This document shows, piece after piece, positions 1-9,402 of a DNA stretch of 64,000 bases. Below the pieces are notes generated by a model that ran no database searches, was not told the origin of the DNA, and worked only from the letters and a program-made list of their open reading frames with translations. Every line of letters begins with the position of its first letter. Position 1 is the first letter of the stretch. Made by a program: the position numbers and the translations under genes. This DNA is from Candidatus Wolfebacteria bacterium GW2011_GWE2_44_13 (GTDB lineage Bacteria; Patescibacteriota; Minisyncoccia; UBA6257; UBA9933), in the NCBI GenBank assembly GCA_001000675.1, contig LCHW01000001.1, forward strand, positions 424,875-488,874, given 5' to 3'.

Positions 1-53
1 TCGTTAAGGGCTTTACGCGACGGCTGTTGGATCAGTTCCGTGACTTTACTCAT
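1..53 (-). CDS. Partial CDS running off the window start (N-terminus MSKVTELIQQPSRKALN...). Hypothetical protein.
   Basis: The reverse complement has an ATG at 53, preceded by ctaGGAGca about 9 nt upstream. The reading frame stays open to the window edge. Confidence 0.3.
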   Translation of the reverse strand, partial: MSKVTELIQQPSRKALN

Positions 54-220
54 GTGGGCGTGCTCCTAGGGAAAGATGATGGTGCTGATGACTATTGTAA
101 TCGTGCTTATTGATAATTGTCAACCGCGATAAGGCAGGTATGTGGTGGAAAGGCCGCTTGAAATGGCGTATACTTACTATATTCAAGGAATACCAACCGA
201 GGCTATTTTATTTTGCAATA

Positions 221-1756
221 ATGACAATACTTATTAAAAATATTTTATTGATTGATGGCTCGGGACAGCCGGCTGTGAAGGCCGATGTGCTTGTTAAGAA
301 TGAAAAGATTGCCGCCATCGGATCGTTTCCTCGGTACCAAGCTGATACTATCATCGACGGTATGGGCGCATACCTTGCGCCTGGTTTTATCGATTGCAAT
401 ACAAACTCGGATCGGTATTTAACTATTTTTTCTAACCCAACGCAACAAGACTTCTTGCTACAAGGCATTACCACAATCATAGGCGGACAGGATGGAGTTT
501 CGCTTGCTCCACTTTTATATGGTTCATTGGATTTGCAAAAAATATATACCAATCCGTATAAAATAAATGTGGATTGGCATACGGTTTCTGATTTTTTTGA
601 CGTAGTAAAGCGTCGACCACTCGGAGTTAATTTTGGAACATTTGTTGGTCACTCTACGTTGCGCCATACAATTATCGGCAATGATTTTCGCGACTTAACG
701 CCAAAAGAGCTTGGCGTCTTTCGGTATATGCTTGATGCTGCAATGAAAGATGGCGCGATGGGTGTTTCATTTGATTTGCAATCTCCTGTTGCGGCGCTTA
801 CTCCTGCGAAAGAAATAAAGCTTGCACTCGAAGTTGTGGAAAAGCACAAAGGGATTGCGGCGTTTAAGGTGCGGAGCGGTTCGGATACCACAGTGCATAA
901 AGGGGATACTAATAATCATTTTCTTCCCGCTGTTACTGAAATTATTAACGCGTCTAAAGAAACGGGCGCACGTGTATTGATTACGAACTTTTCTCCTCTT
1001 AATGGATTGGAAGAAGAATATCGCCATGCAATTGAGGTAATCGAAGAAAACGCTGCTGTTGCTGATGTGTACTTCACGATGCATCCGTTTGCTCATTCCA
1101 TCATTCCGATTGTGTCATTTTTGCCTGTGTGGGCTCAACGGGGAGGTATGGACGAAATTTTAAAGGTACTGCAATCTCCTGAGCTTTCAGCAAAAATAAT
1201 CAGTGAGCTGGAGCACTTTTTAGGAGATAGTATTGTTATTCATGATGCTCCTGGACTTGATCATTTAGTAGGGAAGACACTTCGACAATTTGGCGATGAT
1301 TGCGGTACCGCCATGCCAGAAACGTTGCTTATTTTAATGCGTACAACGAAATTGCGTGCAACGCTTGTGTATAACAACATTTCACTGCAGGAATTTAACC
1401 GTGCATTGCTATGTGACCGTTCACTCGTTGCCTCTTCTGGGATGAGTTTTGAGCGTACACGACCACAAGCGCGCTTGCGATTATTCTCTGACACCATCGC
1501 AACGTATTTACAGACAATAGTTACTGATAAAGCAATTTCAATCGAGTCTGCAATACGAAAATTGACTAGTGTTCCTGCACAGCGGTTAGGCATTAAACAG
1601 CGAGGGCTTATTCGGGAAGGATATTTTGCTGATCTTGTGATGATTCGTGATTTAAAAATTGAAACGGTATTTGTGAACGGAACGATTGCGGTTCGTGACG
1701 GGGCGCTTACTGAAACTCCATTAAGTGGAAGAATAGTAAATCATGCGAATGAATAA
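221..1756 (+). CDS. Amidohydrolase family protein (D-aminoacylase / N-acyl-D-amino-acid deacylase-like).
   Basis: The N-terminus ILLIDGSGQPAVKADVLVKNEKIAAIGSF...YLAPGFIDCNTNSD matches the D-aminoacylase/amidohydrolase-3 signature. The canonical HxH metal motif is replaced by CNTN. I trimmed the start to the ATG at 221. The gene overlaps ftsW by 14 nt. Confidence 0.65.
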   Translation: MTILIKNILLIDGSGQPAVKADVLVKNEKIAAIGSFPRYQADTIIDGMGAYLAPGFIDCNTNSDRYLTIFSNPTQQDFLLQGITTIIGGQDGVSLAPLLYGSLDLQKIYTNPYKINVDWHTVSDFFDVVKRRPLGVNFGTFVGHSTLRHTIIGNDFRDLTPKELGVFRYMLDAAMKDGAMGVSFDLQSPVAALTPAKEIKLALEVVEKHKGIAAFKVRSGSDTTVHKGDTNNHFLPAVTEIINASKETGARVLITNFSPLNGLEEEYRHAIEVIEENAAVADVYFTMHPFAHSIIPIVSFLPVWAQRGGMDEILKVLQSPELSAKIISELEHFLGDSIVIHDAPGLDHLVGKTLRQFGDDCGTAMPETLLILMRTTKLRATLVYNNISLQEFNRALLCDRSLVASSGMSFERTRPQARLRLFSDTIATYLQTIVTDKAISIESAIRKLTSVPAQRLGIKQRGLIREGYFADLVMIRDLKIETVFVNGTIAVRDGALTETPLSGRIVNHANE

Positions 1757-2867
1757 TTTTCTAAAAAATAATAAGGGAGGACATGCGCCTGATTACGTTT
1801 TTTTGTCTACATTAGGCATATTAGTTGTATTTGGAATCGTAATGCTTTCAAGCGCTTCTTCTGATCTTGGGAAGATAAAATTTGACGATACTTTTTACTA
1901 TCTTAAGCACCAAATATACTATGGACTTCTTCCAGGGATTGTTGGGTTTTTATTTGCCGCATTCTTCCACTATAAAAAATGGCAAACCGCGGCATTATAT
2001 TTATTAGTTGGAAGCGTTATTGCGCTGCTCCTTGTGTTTACCCCACTCGGTATCCATGCGGGTGGTGCAACTCGATGGGTGAGTATCGGGCCTATTTCTT
2101 TACAGCCTGCCGAATTACTTAAGCTGACATTTATTTTGTATATGGCTGCGTGGCTTGGAGGAAAGCGCACAAAACGACAAACGAGTTTTAAAGAAGGATA
2201 TTTACCGTTTATACTTATCTCCGGATTTATCGCATTGCTTATTGTACTACAGCCTGCAACGACAACGGTTGCCGTTATCATGCTTGCAAGTCTAATCGTA
2301 TATTATATGAGTGGTGCGAAGTTTCGTTATATTGCACTCACTGTCCTCCTTGGGTTTGTGGCGCTTGTGGGTTTGATTATCGCAACGCCGTATCGTGCTG
2401 AACGTGTTATGAACTATTTTAACCCTGAGAAAGTTGATGTGCTTGGTAAGGGATATCATCGACAACAGGCGCTTATTGCTATTGGATCAGGGGGTCCTGC
2501 GGGGGTTGGGTATGGGCAATCTACGACGAAATATAAATTCTTGCCTGAGCCAATTGGCGACTCGATATTTGCGGTTATCGCAGAAGAGTTGGGGTTTGCT
2601 GGGTCTATATTTGTCCTTGCACTCTTCACCTTGCTCTTTACGCGTGGACTTATGATTGCAAATAAGTGTAAGGATAAATTTGGACAGTTGGCTGTGATTG
2701 GTATTATCTCCGTACTTGCTATTCAAACGTTTGTGAATATTGGAGCCATATCGGGTGTGCTGCCCCTTACGGGTGTTCCGCTGCCCTTTATCAGCTATGG
2801 TGGAACTGCACTTGCGATTTTCTTGACGATGATGGGAGTTGTAACGAATATATCTAAACATACGTAA
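1743..2867 (+). CDS. ftsW: FtsW/RodA/SpoVE (SEDS) family peptidoglycan glycosyltransferase / cell division protein.
   Basis: The protein is multi-TM and carries the SEDS motifs GSGGPAGVGYGQSTTKYKFLPEPIGDSIFAVIAEELGFAGS. It lies immediately upstream of murG. Confidence 0.85.
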   Translation: MRMNNFLKNNKGGHAPDYVFLSTLGILVVFGIVMLSSASSDLGKIKFDDTFYYLKHQIYYGLLPGIVGFLFAAFFHYKKWQTAALYLLVGSVIALLLVFTPLGIHAGGATRWVSIGPISLQPAELLKLTFILYMAAWLGGKRTKRQTSFKEGYLPFILISGFIALLIVLQPATTTVAVIMLASLIVYYMSGAKFRYIALTVLLGFVALVGLIIATPYRAERVMNYFNPEKVDVLGKGYHRQQALIAIGSGGPAGVGYGQSTTKYKFLPEPIGDSIFAVIAEELGFAGSIFVLALFTLLFTRGLMIANKCKDKFGQLAVIGIISVLAIQTFVNIGAISGVLPLTGVPLPFISYGGTALAIFLTMMGVVTNISKHT

Positions 2868-2900
2868 TCACATAACTAATAATCGATCACTGTACTATCT

Positions 2901-4073
2901 ATGAGAATTCTATTTACCGGTGGAGTAACAGGGGGGCATATTTATCCACTCGTCTCAGTGGCTGAAAAAATTTTAAAGGCGGGTAATGCAGACGCCGGTT
3001 TTGCCGACCTTTATTATGTAGGGGTTCCAGGTGTTTACCAGCAACTACTGGAGTCAAAAGGAATAATCGTTTCTCGTATTGCATCGGCTAAGCTTCGTCG
3101 CGGTGATGTGTTGCGTAATCTTATCGATTTGCCGGTATTTTTTATCAGCGTATTACAAGCGCTGTGGCAAGTGTTTTGGATTATGCCCGACGTACTCTTT
3201 TCAAAAGGAGGTCCGGGTGCGCTCCCTGTTGTATTGGCTTGTGCATTTTATCGCATTCCGATTATTATTCACGAATCAGATTCGGTTGCGGGGCTTACGA
3301 GCGCTGCTTCTGCACGATTCGCGAAACGGATTGGCATTGCCTATGTAGCTGCAAAAGAGTCTTTTATTCCGCGTAATGCAAGTGAACGTAAGCGATCGAT
3401 GATAGAGCAAAAGATAGCACTTATTGGAAATCCAATTCGAGAGTTCTTTTTTGCTAATACCGAAGTAGATAAAGAAGGGGCAAAACGACTTTTTGATTTC
3501 GATCCCGCAAAGCCACTCATTCTTATTATGGGCGGATCTCAGGGCGCAGTGCGCATCAATGAATTTATACTATCGGTTGCAGAGGACTTGCTAAGTCAAA
3601 ATATGCAAATCTTGCATCAAGTAGGGACGAATAATTTTACTGCTGCAGAAGCGGAAATGCGCGTGATTACACAAAAATATTCCGATGCACTCCGACGTTC
3701 CTATCGCATGGTTCCGTATTTTGAACAAGACCTTAGGGAAGCGTATCTTGCTGCGGATCTTGTTATTTCACGAGCGGGGAGTGGTTCGATATTTGAAATC
3801 GCGGCTATGGGATGCCCTGCCATTCTTATTCCACTACCCGAATCTATTTCGCGCGATCAGGTAAAAAATGCCTTTGAATATGCCGCAACAGGGGCTGCGA
3901 TCACGTTGGAAGAGTCTAATCTCACGAAGCATATATTCTTCAATCAACTCGAACGACTTACGGCAAATCCTGAAACGTTTGCCTCTATGGCAGCTGCGGC
4001 AAAAGCGTTTGCTCGTCCAGATGCCGCTGAAACATTAGCATCAGAAATTATACGACTAGGAAGTAGACAATGA
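2901..4073 (+). CDS. murG: UDP-N-acetylglucosamine--N-acetylmuramyl-(pentapeptide) pyrophosphoryl-undecaprenol GlcNAc transferase.
   Basis: The N-terminus is MRILFTGGVTGGHIYP (G-loop), and the C-terminal glycosyltransferase domain is present. The gene sits in dcw-type context after ftsW. Confidence 0.9.
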   Translation: MRILFTGGVTGGHIYPLVSVAEKILKAGNADAGFADLYYVGVPGVYQQLLESKGIIVSRIASAKLRRGDVLRNLIDLPVFFISVLQALWQVFWIMPDVLFSKGGPGALPVVLACAFYRIPIIIHESDSVAGLTSAASARFAKRIGIAYVAAKESFIPRNASERKRSMIEQKIALIGNPIREFFFANTEVDKEGAKRLFDFDPAKPLILIMGGSQGAVRINEFILSVAEDLLSQNMQILHQVGTNNFTAAEAEMRVITQKYSDALRRSYRMVPYFEQDLREAYLAADLVISRAGSGSIFEIAAMGCPAILIPLPESISRDQVKNAFEYAATGAAITLEESNLTKHIFFNQLERLTANPETFASMAAAAKAFARPDAAETLASEIIRLGSRQ

Positions 4074-5944
4074 GCACATATATTCGATTTATAATTATAG
4101 GGTTGGTCACACTTTTTACGATACCTTCTACTGCGGGGGCATTTGAAGTACCCTATCAAAAAATATTTCAACAACGAGGGTCTATTATGGCTGTTGAAGT
4201 GTATGGAAAAACAGAGCCACTATCGATTCAGTGCGATCTCGATGCATGGACCTGTGCAAGCCATGGAACAACAACAATAAATCTTTTTCCTGAATTTATC
4301 GAGAAGCAAGTTATTCTTTCTAAAGATCAGTCACTCGCACTTGTTTCTGAAGGATATGGAGTTACACAACAATACGATTTATATACTCTTGGAGTAGGTG
4401 TAGCTACTAAAATAAAGACACTCGATTTTAGTGGAGAAACGAAGAAAGCGTTATTTAGCGATGATAATACAAAAATTCTATTTGCGACTACGCGCGGGGA
4501 ATTTATTGTTTTTGATATCGCAACAAATATAGGGATAAAAAGCATTCCCATTGTTGGGGGTGCCTCGTTTATTCGCTTCTCGCCTCATGGTAATTACATT
4601 GCTTATTATGCACCAAGTACGCTAAGCGGAATGGACCGAACATATACATTAGTAGACGTTGCTCAGGGCCATACCTATACATGGAAAGAAAAAAATGATT
4701 ATTGGGACTTGCTGAGCGAGGAAGAACAAGTATTCGACTTTTCGCCCGATGAGCGATACTTTTTGTATCTGAGTGATCGAGATGGAACGCAAACGATATA
4801 CACAACGCGTCTTTGGCTACTGGACGGAATTAATAATGGACGGCTAGGAAAGCGTACATTTACGGGGAATTTTACGGTAAATAATCTTCTCTTCGGTAAT
4901 GATGGATTATTATATGCTACTACGAATAGATCTAATCCATTAATTTGGTCGCTTGATTCGTATGATTTTGCAACACAAGTCTTGAAAGAAGTTGCAAGTG
5001 ATGTGCTGTACTATCCACCTCCGCAGCGAAGTGGAAATCACATTGTATTTGTGCGTTCAAAAAATGAATTACCCGCATTACACACGTTTAATACAAAGAC
5101 GCGCGTCGTTACTCCATTACCGACTGCTGTGGATGAAACGTTCTTGCTTGCGGTAGGTAAGATAAAGAATTTTTCTGGCACCTATGGAGTGCTATACACC
5201 CCAGACGATTATGATGCGAAAAAAACATACCCCATGATCGTATGGTTGCATGGTGGTCCTCATCGGCAAACATCGCCTTCGTTCCATTCGTATCATAGCT
5301 ACGGTATCTACGACGTGCTCTTAGAGAATCTTCGCAAGAATGGATTTATCGTATTAAAACTCGACTATCGCGGAAGCTATGGATATGGGAAAAAATTCGC
5401 AACAGAATTAAAAGGAAATGTCGGCAAGCTTGACGTGAAGGATGTTATAACTGCCACAACAGTACTTAAAAAAGAAATGGCTATCGGAGAGGTATATCCG
5501 ATGGGAACGAGCTATGGAGGATACTTGGCACTGCGTGCATTAGCGGATAAGCCGGCATTGTTTGCGGGAGCCATTTCTGTTAACGGGGTAACTGATTGGT
5601 GGACACTTATTAAGAACGATCCAGATTCCATTTTCAAAGTACATTTTAACGGAGCACCGTCTTCTAAAAATAAGATTTTGTATGATCAGGCCTCGATCTT
5701 TTTACGGTTGAATAACTTAAAAGGAAAGAAGATTGTTTTAGTGAATGGGGAGGATGATGCGACCATTCCCGCTCAGCAGACGACAATGCTCTTTGATGCG
5801 CTTGCAAAGAAAAACATCGGAGCAACCGTTATTTCATATGAAAAAGAAGGGCACATTCTAAGTGATAGCGCGAATTTGGATGATCTGTGTTCTCGGGTTA
5901 TGCAACTCCCGGAGGGGTATGGGGGAAAGACCTGTGTGCAGTAA
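4070..5944 (+). CDS. S9 family peptidase (prolyl oligopeptidase / dipeptidyl aminopeptidase-like) with an N-terminal signal/TM segment and a beta-propeller region.
   Basis: The C-terminal alpha/beta hydrolase carries the GxSxGG nucleophile motif GTSYGGYLAL plus WLHGGPH. The N-terminus is hydrophobic. The gene overlaps the murG stop by 4 nt. Confidence 0.7.
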   Translation: MSTYIRFIIIGLVTLFTIPSTAGAFEVPYQKIFQQRGSIMAVEVYGKTEPLSIQCDLDAWTCASHGTTTINLFPEFIEKQVILSKDQSLALVSEGYGVTQQYDLYTLGVGVATKIKTLDFSGETKKALFSDDNTKILFATTRGEFIVFDIATNIGIKSIPIVGGASFIRFSPHGNYIAYYAPSTLSGMDRTYTLVDVAQGHTYTWKEKNDYWDLLSEEEQVFDFSPDERYFLYLSDRDGTQTIYTTRLWLLDGINNGRLGKRTFTGNFTVNNLLFGNDGLLYATTNRSNPLIWSLDSYDFATQVLKEVASDVLYYPPPQRSGNHIVFVRSKNELPALHTFNTKTRVVTPLPTAVDETFLLAVGKIKNFSGTYGVLYTPDDYDAKKTYPMIVWLHGGPHRQTSPSFHSYHSYGIYDVLLENLRKNGFIVLKLDYRGSYGYGKKFATELKGNVGKLDVKDVITATTVLKKEMAIGEVYPMGTSYGGYLALRALADKPALFAGAISVNGVTDWWTLIKNDPDSIFKVHFNGAPSSKNKILYDQASIFLRLNNLKGKKIVLVNGEDDATIPAQQTTMLFDALAKKNIGATVISYEKEGHILSDSANLDDLCSRVMQLPEGYGGKTCVQ

Positions 5945-6010
5945 TACTATCAAAATCCACCTGTGAGGGTGGATTTTTGGGGTAAAATGTGGTAGGATAA
6001 TAGTACTTTT

Positions 6011-7456
6011 ATGAGCATACCTGAACCTATTCGGGTGCGTATTGCGCCGTCTCCGACTGGATTACTTCATTTCGGAACAGCCCGTACCGCCCTTTTTAAT
6101 TGGCTTTTTGCCCGTCATGCAGGAGGAACCTTTATCCTTCGCATTGAAGATACGGATACAGAACGTTCAACAAAGGCATTTGAAGAAGATATTGTCACCG
6201 GATTACGATGGCTTGGTTTTGATTGGGATGAAGGTCCTGATGTCGGTGGTCCGTATGGTCCGTATCGACAATCAGAGCGACTTCCGTTTTATCAAAAATA
6301 TCTCCAGCAATTGCTCGATGAGGATAAGGCATATCATTGTTTTTGCACAAAAGAACAGTTGGATACAGATAAACAAGAAATGCAACAGCGTGGCGAAACC
6401 CCGGTGTATTCTGGACGATGCAGTGCGCTTTCTAAAGAAGATCAGGCGAAGCATATTGCAAATGGCGACGCTTCTGTTATTCGATTACGCGTTCCTACTG
6501 AGGGTGCTATCGAATTTCATGACATTATTCGCGATACCGTTTCTGTGCAAGCTACATTGATTGGCGATATTATTATTGCGCGCAGTATTGACTTACCTTT
6601 GTTTGCGCTTGCGGGTGTTGTTGATGATTACGAAATGAAAATCTCTCATGTTATTCGTGGTGAAGATCATATTTCAAACACGCCGAAACAAATCGCAATT
6701 GCGAGAGCACTTGGTTTTCCTATCCCGGAATATGCGCACCTTCCGCTTATTCTTGCACCTGACCGCAGTAAGCTTTCTAAGCGATACATTGAAACGTCGT
6801 TGAATGATTTTAAAACACAAGGATATCTTCCTAATGCACTTGTTAACTTCATGGCGTTTATTGGATGGCACCCAAAGGATGATACCGAGGTTATGTTGCC
6901 TGATGATTTAATTCGCGATTTTGATATGGAACGCGTGCAAAAAGGCGGAGGTATTTTTAACTTGGAAAAATTAGAATGGCTTAACGCGCAGCATATTAAA
7001 CGGCTTTCGATTGATGCACTTGTTGATGCTATCACGCCGTTTATTCCTACTGCGTGGACCACGCAGTCGCAAGTATTGCGACGCGCAGTCGAGGCCGAAC
7101 AAGATCGCCTTAAGCGACTAACTGAGTTTGCAGAATCAGCCGAGTTCTTCTTTGCGATTGCGGCGTATGAACCAACACTTCTTGCTTGGAAAGATGCTGC
7201 CGCAGAAGTTACCAAGGCACATCTACAATCTGTTCTGCAATTACTGGAGCCGATTGACGGGGCACAATTCACAAAAGAAGGCCTTGAAAGCGTACTTATG
7301 CCGTTGGCTGATACAAAGGGCAGGGGAGACGTTTTGTGGCCTCTACGGGTCGCTTTAAGCGGTAAAAAGGCATCTCCTGGGCCATTTGAAATCATGCCGG
7401 CGCTCGGAAAAGATGAAACGCTCCGCAGAATTCAGATGGGAATTGATAAATTATAA
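6011..7456 (+). CDS. gltX: Glutamyl-tRNA synthetase.
   Basis: The HIGH-type motif PSPTGLLHFGTAR and the KMSKS-type motif KLSKR are both present. Overall GluRS architecture, 481 aa. Confidence 0.9.
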   Translation: MSIPEPIRVRIAPSPTGLLHFGTARTALFNWLFARHAGGTFILRIEDTDTERSTKAFEEDIVTGLRWLGFDWDEGPDVGGPYGPYRQSERLPFYQKYLQQLLDEDKAYHCFCTKEQLDTDKQEMQQRGETPVYSGRCSALSKEDQAKHIANGDASVIRLRVPTEGAIEFHDIIRDTVSVQATLIGDIIIARSIDLPLFALAGVVDDYEMKISHVIRGEDHISNTPKQIAIARALGFPIPEYAHLPLILAPDRSKLSKRYIETSLNDFKTQGYLPNALVNFMAFIGWHPKDDTEVMLPDDLIRDFDMERVQKGGGIFNLEKLEWLNAQHIKRLSIDALVDAITPFIPTAWTTQSQVLRRAVEAEQDRLKRLTEFAESAEFFFAIAAYEPTLLAWKDAAAEVTKAHLQSVLQLLEPIDGAQFTKEGLESVLMPLADTKGRGDVLWPLRVALSGKKASPGPFEIMPALGKDETLRRIQMGIDKL

Positions 7457-7491
7457 TACAAACCGAATTTGTATTTTTGTAAAGTATTTTT

Positions 7492-8751
7492 ATGAATATT
7501 GTAACAAAAAAGGGGATAGTTACTCTTGCAATTACTGCGATGGCCGCGGGGTCTTTTGGTGTTGCTTTTGCTCAAACACCAACTGAGCTTAAAGAAGCAA
7601 TCGAGAAAAAACGACAAGAAGAACAAGCGCTTGGTACGCAAATTAAAGCGGTGCAAGAAAAACTTGAAGTTACTGCCGGTGAAAAACAAACTCTGCAACG
7701 CGAATTAAATCAAATTAGTGGAACGGTTAAGCAACTTGATCTGGGTATTAAGCAAAGTGTTATTGTTGCTGAAAAGCTTGGCTATGAAATAAAAGATACA
7801 CAATATACCATTGAAGAATCTGAGGAGCGTATTTTGGAACGCAAAAAAGAAATTAGTGAAATGCTTCGACAGGTACAACGCAAGGACACATCATCAGGAC
7901 CCCTCATGTCTATCTTGAGCGGAAAAAAGTTGACGGACACCCTTACAGAGATTCAGGCGTTGCTTGATTTTCAAGATAAGTTTTCGCAAGATATTCGTGA
8001 GTTGCAAGATTATACTATTGAGCTCGGTGGACATTTAAAAACTGCCGAAGAGAAAAAACGCTTAAAAGAAATAGAAGGCGAAAATTATAAAAATAAGAAA
8101 GTTATTTTAAGTGAAACGGAACGCTATCAGCAACAGCTTCTTGCACAGACAAAAAATAAAGAACAGCTGTACCAGAATTCACTTGCAGAACTGAAGAAGC
8201 AGCAAGATAAGATTGACCTTGAAATTGCGCGATTAGAAGAAGAAGCGCGTAAGAGTATTAACTTTGGCGCATTGCCAAAAGTTGATACCAGTCCGTTAAT
8301 GATGCCGGCGCAAGGAAAACTTACGCAAGGGTATGGATCAACACCGTTTGCACTGCGTAATTACGCAAGTAAACGGCATAATGGTATCGATATTGCCGCA
8401 CCCGTGGGTACACCGATTTACGCAGCTGCCGATGGGCGAGTCGTAGGAGTTGCTGATCAAGACTTGTATTGTCGAAAAGGTGCATACGGTAAGTTCGTCG
8501 CCATTACGCATTACAATGGTTTAACTACCCTGTACGCGCATCTTTCGTTATGGAAGGTTCGTGAAGGGCAAGAAGTCAAAAAAGGAGATGTTATTGGCTA
8601 CATGGGCAATACCGGATTTTCTACGGGATCGCATTTACACTTTACGGTGTATGCAACACCGACGTTTAAGATTGCGCCAGCCGCAAAGACGTGTGGTCCG
8701 AAGATGCCGTTTGGAGGAGACCTCAATCCGTTCGACTACCTCGCTAAGTAA
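7492..8751 (+). CDS. M23 family metallopeptidase with a long N-terminal coiled coil (EnvC-like murein hydrolase / activator).
   Basis: There is a signal peptide and a roughly 250-aa coiled-coil region. The C-terminal M23 motifs are HNGIDIAAPVGTPIYAAADGRV and GNTGFSTGSHLHF. Confidence 0.85.
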   Translation: MNIVTKKGIVTLAITAMAAGSFGVAFAQTPTELKEAIEKKRQEEQALGTQIKAVQEKLEVTAGEKQTLQRELNQISGTVKQLDLGIKQSVIVAEKLGYEIKDTQYTIEESEERILERKKEISEMLRQVQRKDTSSGPLMSILSGKKLTDTLTEIQALLDFQDKFSQDIRELQDYTIELGGHLKTAEEKKRLKEIEGENYKNKKVILSETERYQQQLLAQTKNKEQLYQNSLAELKKQQDKIDLEIARLEEEARKSINFGALPKVDTSPLMMPAQGKLTQGYGSTPFALRNYASKRHNGIDIAAPVGTPIYAAADGRVVGVADQDLYCRKGAYGKFVAITHYNGLTTLYAHLSLWKVREGQEVKKGDVIGYMGNTGFSTGSHLHFTVYATPTFKIAPAAKTCGPKMPFGGDLNPFDYLAK

Positions 8752-8876
8752 AAACTTTGTTATTGGCGAGCTACTACGTTACGGGCCCCAATTAACTTGG
8801 TCGATGTACAACTCAGCACATCTTCCGCGTTAATTTTCCCGTGCCTTGCATCTCATCCAATAACAAAGTTTTTTCA
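8752..8876 (+). repeat. Perfect 15-bp inverted repeat (AAACTTTGTTATTGG / CCAATAACAAAGTTT) enclosing about 95 nt, followed by TTTT. Candidate structured 3'UTR element or small RNA.
   Basis: Seen directly in the sequence. The left arm starts right after the M23 stop codon. Confidence 0.5.
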
Positions 8877-8896
8877 CCACAGTAATAGGAAAAAGA

Positions 8897-8928
8897 TTCG
8901 CTACAGGGCTCTGTAGCGAATTTTTTCT
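8897..8928 (+). terminator. Rho-independent terminator (stem tcgctacag/ctgtagcga followed by attttttct).
   Basis: A 9-bp stem followed by a T-run, downstream of the M23 peptidase gene. Confidence 0.6.
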
Positions 8929-8943
8929 GTACGGCGGGGTAGT

Positions 8944-8957
8944 TATAGTGGTATAAT
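8944..8957 (+). promoter_or_regulatory. Extended -10 promoter element TGgTATAAT, placed 8 nt before the ATG at 8966 (likely a leaderless or near-leaderless transcript).
   Basis: The sequence gtgGTATAATgacgccatATG is read directly from the sequence. Confidence 0.4.
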
Positions 8958-8965
8958 GACGCCAT

Positions 8966-9136
8966 ATGACAGAACTTCTTAATCAGATCATCGATATTGC
9001 AAAAAGCATCGCTCATGTATTCGATGCAAGCATTTGGCCGCCGCTCGTAACAATAGTTAAGAGTATTGGCCACTTGTTCGTTAAAATCCTAGAGTTAAGT
9101 ATTATGGTGGTACAATGGCTTTTGGATAAATTTTAA
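8966..9136 (+). CDS. Small 56-aa hydrophobic/amphipathic peptide (MTELLNQIIDIAKSIAHVFDASIWPPLVTIVKSIGHLFVKILELSIMVVQWLLDKF).
   Basis: I translated this by hand, since it is below the cutoff of the ORF track. A promoter lies immediately upstream. The peptide is amphipathic and contains two Trp residues. It is overlapped by an antisense 86-aa ORF (8813..9073) with a GTG start, which I consider less likely. Confidence 0.3.
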   Translation: MTELLNQIIDIAKSIAHVFDASIWPPLVTIVKSIGHLFVKILELSIMVVQWLLDKF

Positions 9137-9207
9137 TTCGTTGTACGTTGTTTTTACACGTGCTATATGGTTTACTAATATTAGTACATCGATTTAATAT
9201 AAAGAAA

Positions 9208-9230
9208 TGATTATCTCGACGAGATAATCA
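9208..9230. promoter_or_regulatory. Perfect 23-bp palindrome TGATTATCTCG-A-CGAGATAATCA immediately upstream of the RBS of the 42-aa Cys-rich peptide gene. Candidate operator.
   Basis: The palindrome has 11-bp arms. No T-run follows it, so it reads as an operator rather than a terminator. Confidence 0.5.
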
Positions 9231-9249
9231 AGAAAGGAGAGTATTTTGT

Positions 9250-9378
9250 ATGGATAAAAAGCCGTACATCCCCCCGAAGATCGAAAAGGTTGAAAAAATG
9301 CAATTCCCAATCGAGATCATCCACGGCGGGAAGAAGATCATCTGCCGTCAATGCTCATCGTGCCATGGATGCAGGTAA
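9250..9378 (+). CDS. Small 42-aa Cys-rich peptide (MDKKPYIPPKIEKVEKMQFPIEIIHGGKKIICRQCSSCHGCR).
   Basis: Translated by hand. A strong SD (aaAGGAGAgtattttgtATG) precedes the ORF. The C-terminus ends in a CxxCxxCxxC motif. A rho-independent terminator follows directly. Confidence 0.4.
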   Translation: MDKKPYIPPKIEKVEKMQFPIEIIHGGKKIICRQCSSCHGCR

Positions 9379-9402
9379 AAACACCTCACGGTTTGTTTTC
9401 GT

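Noticed and set aside
8813-9073. An 86-aa Cys-rich minus-strand ORF overlapping the 56-aa peptide gene.
   Set aside because: It has a GTG start with no SD or promoter, and no terminator. The opposite strand has an extended -10 directly at its ATG. It is kept only as an alternative.
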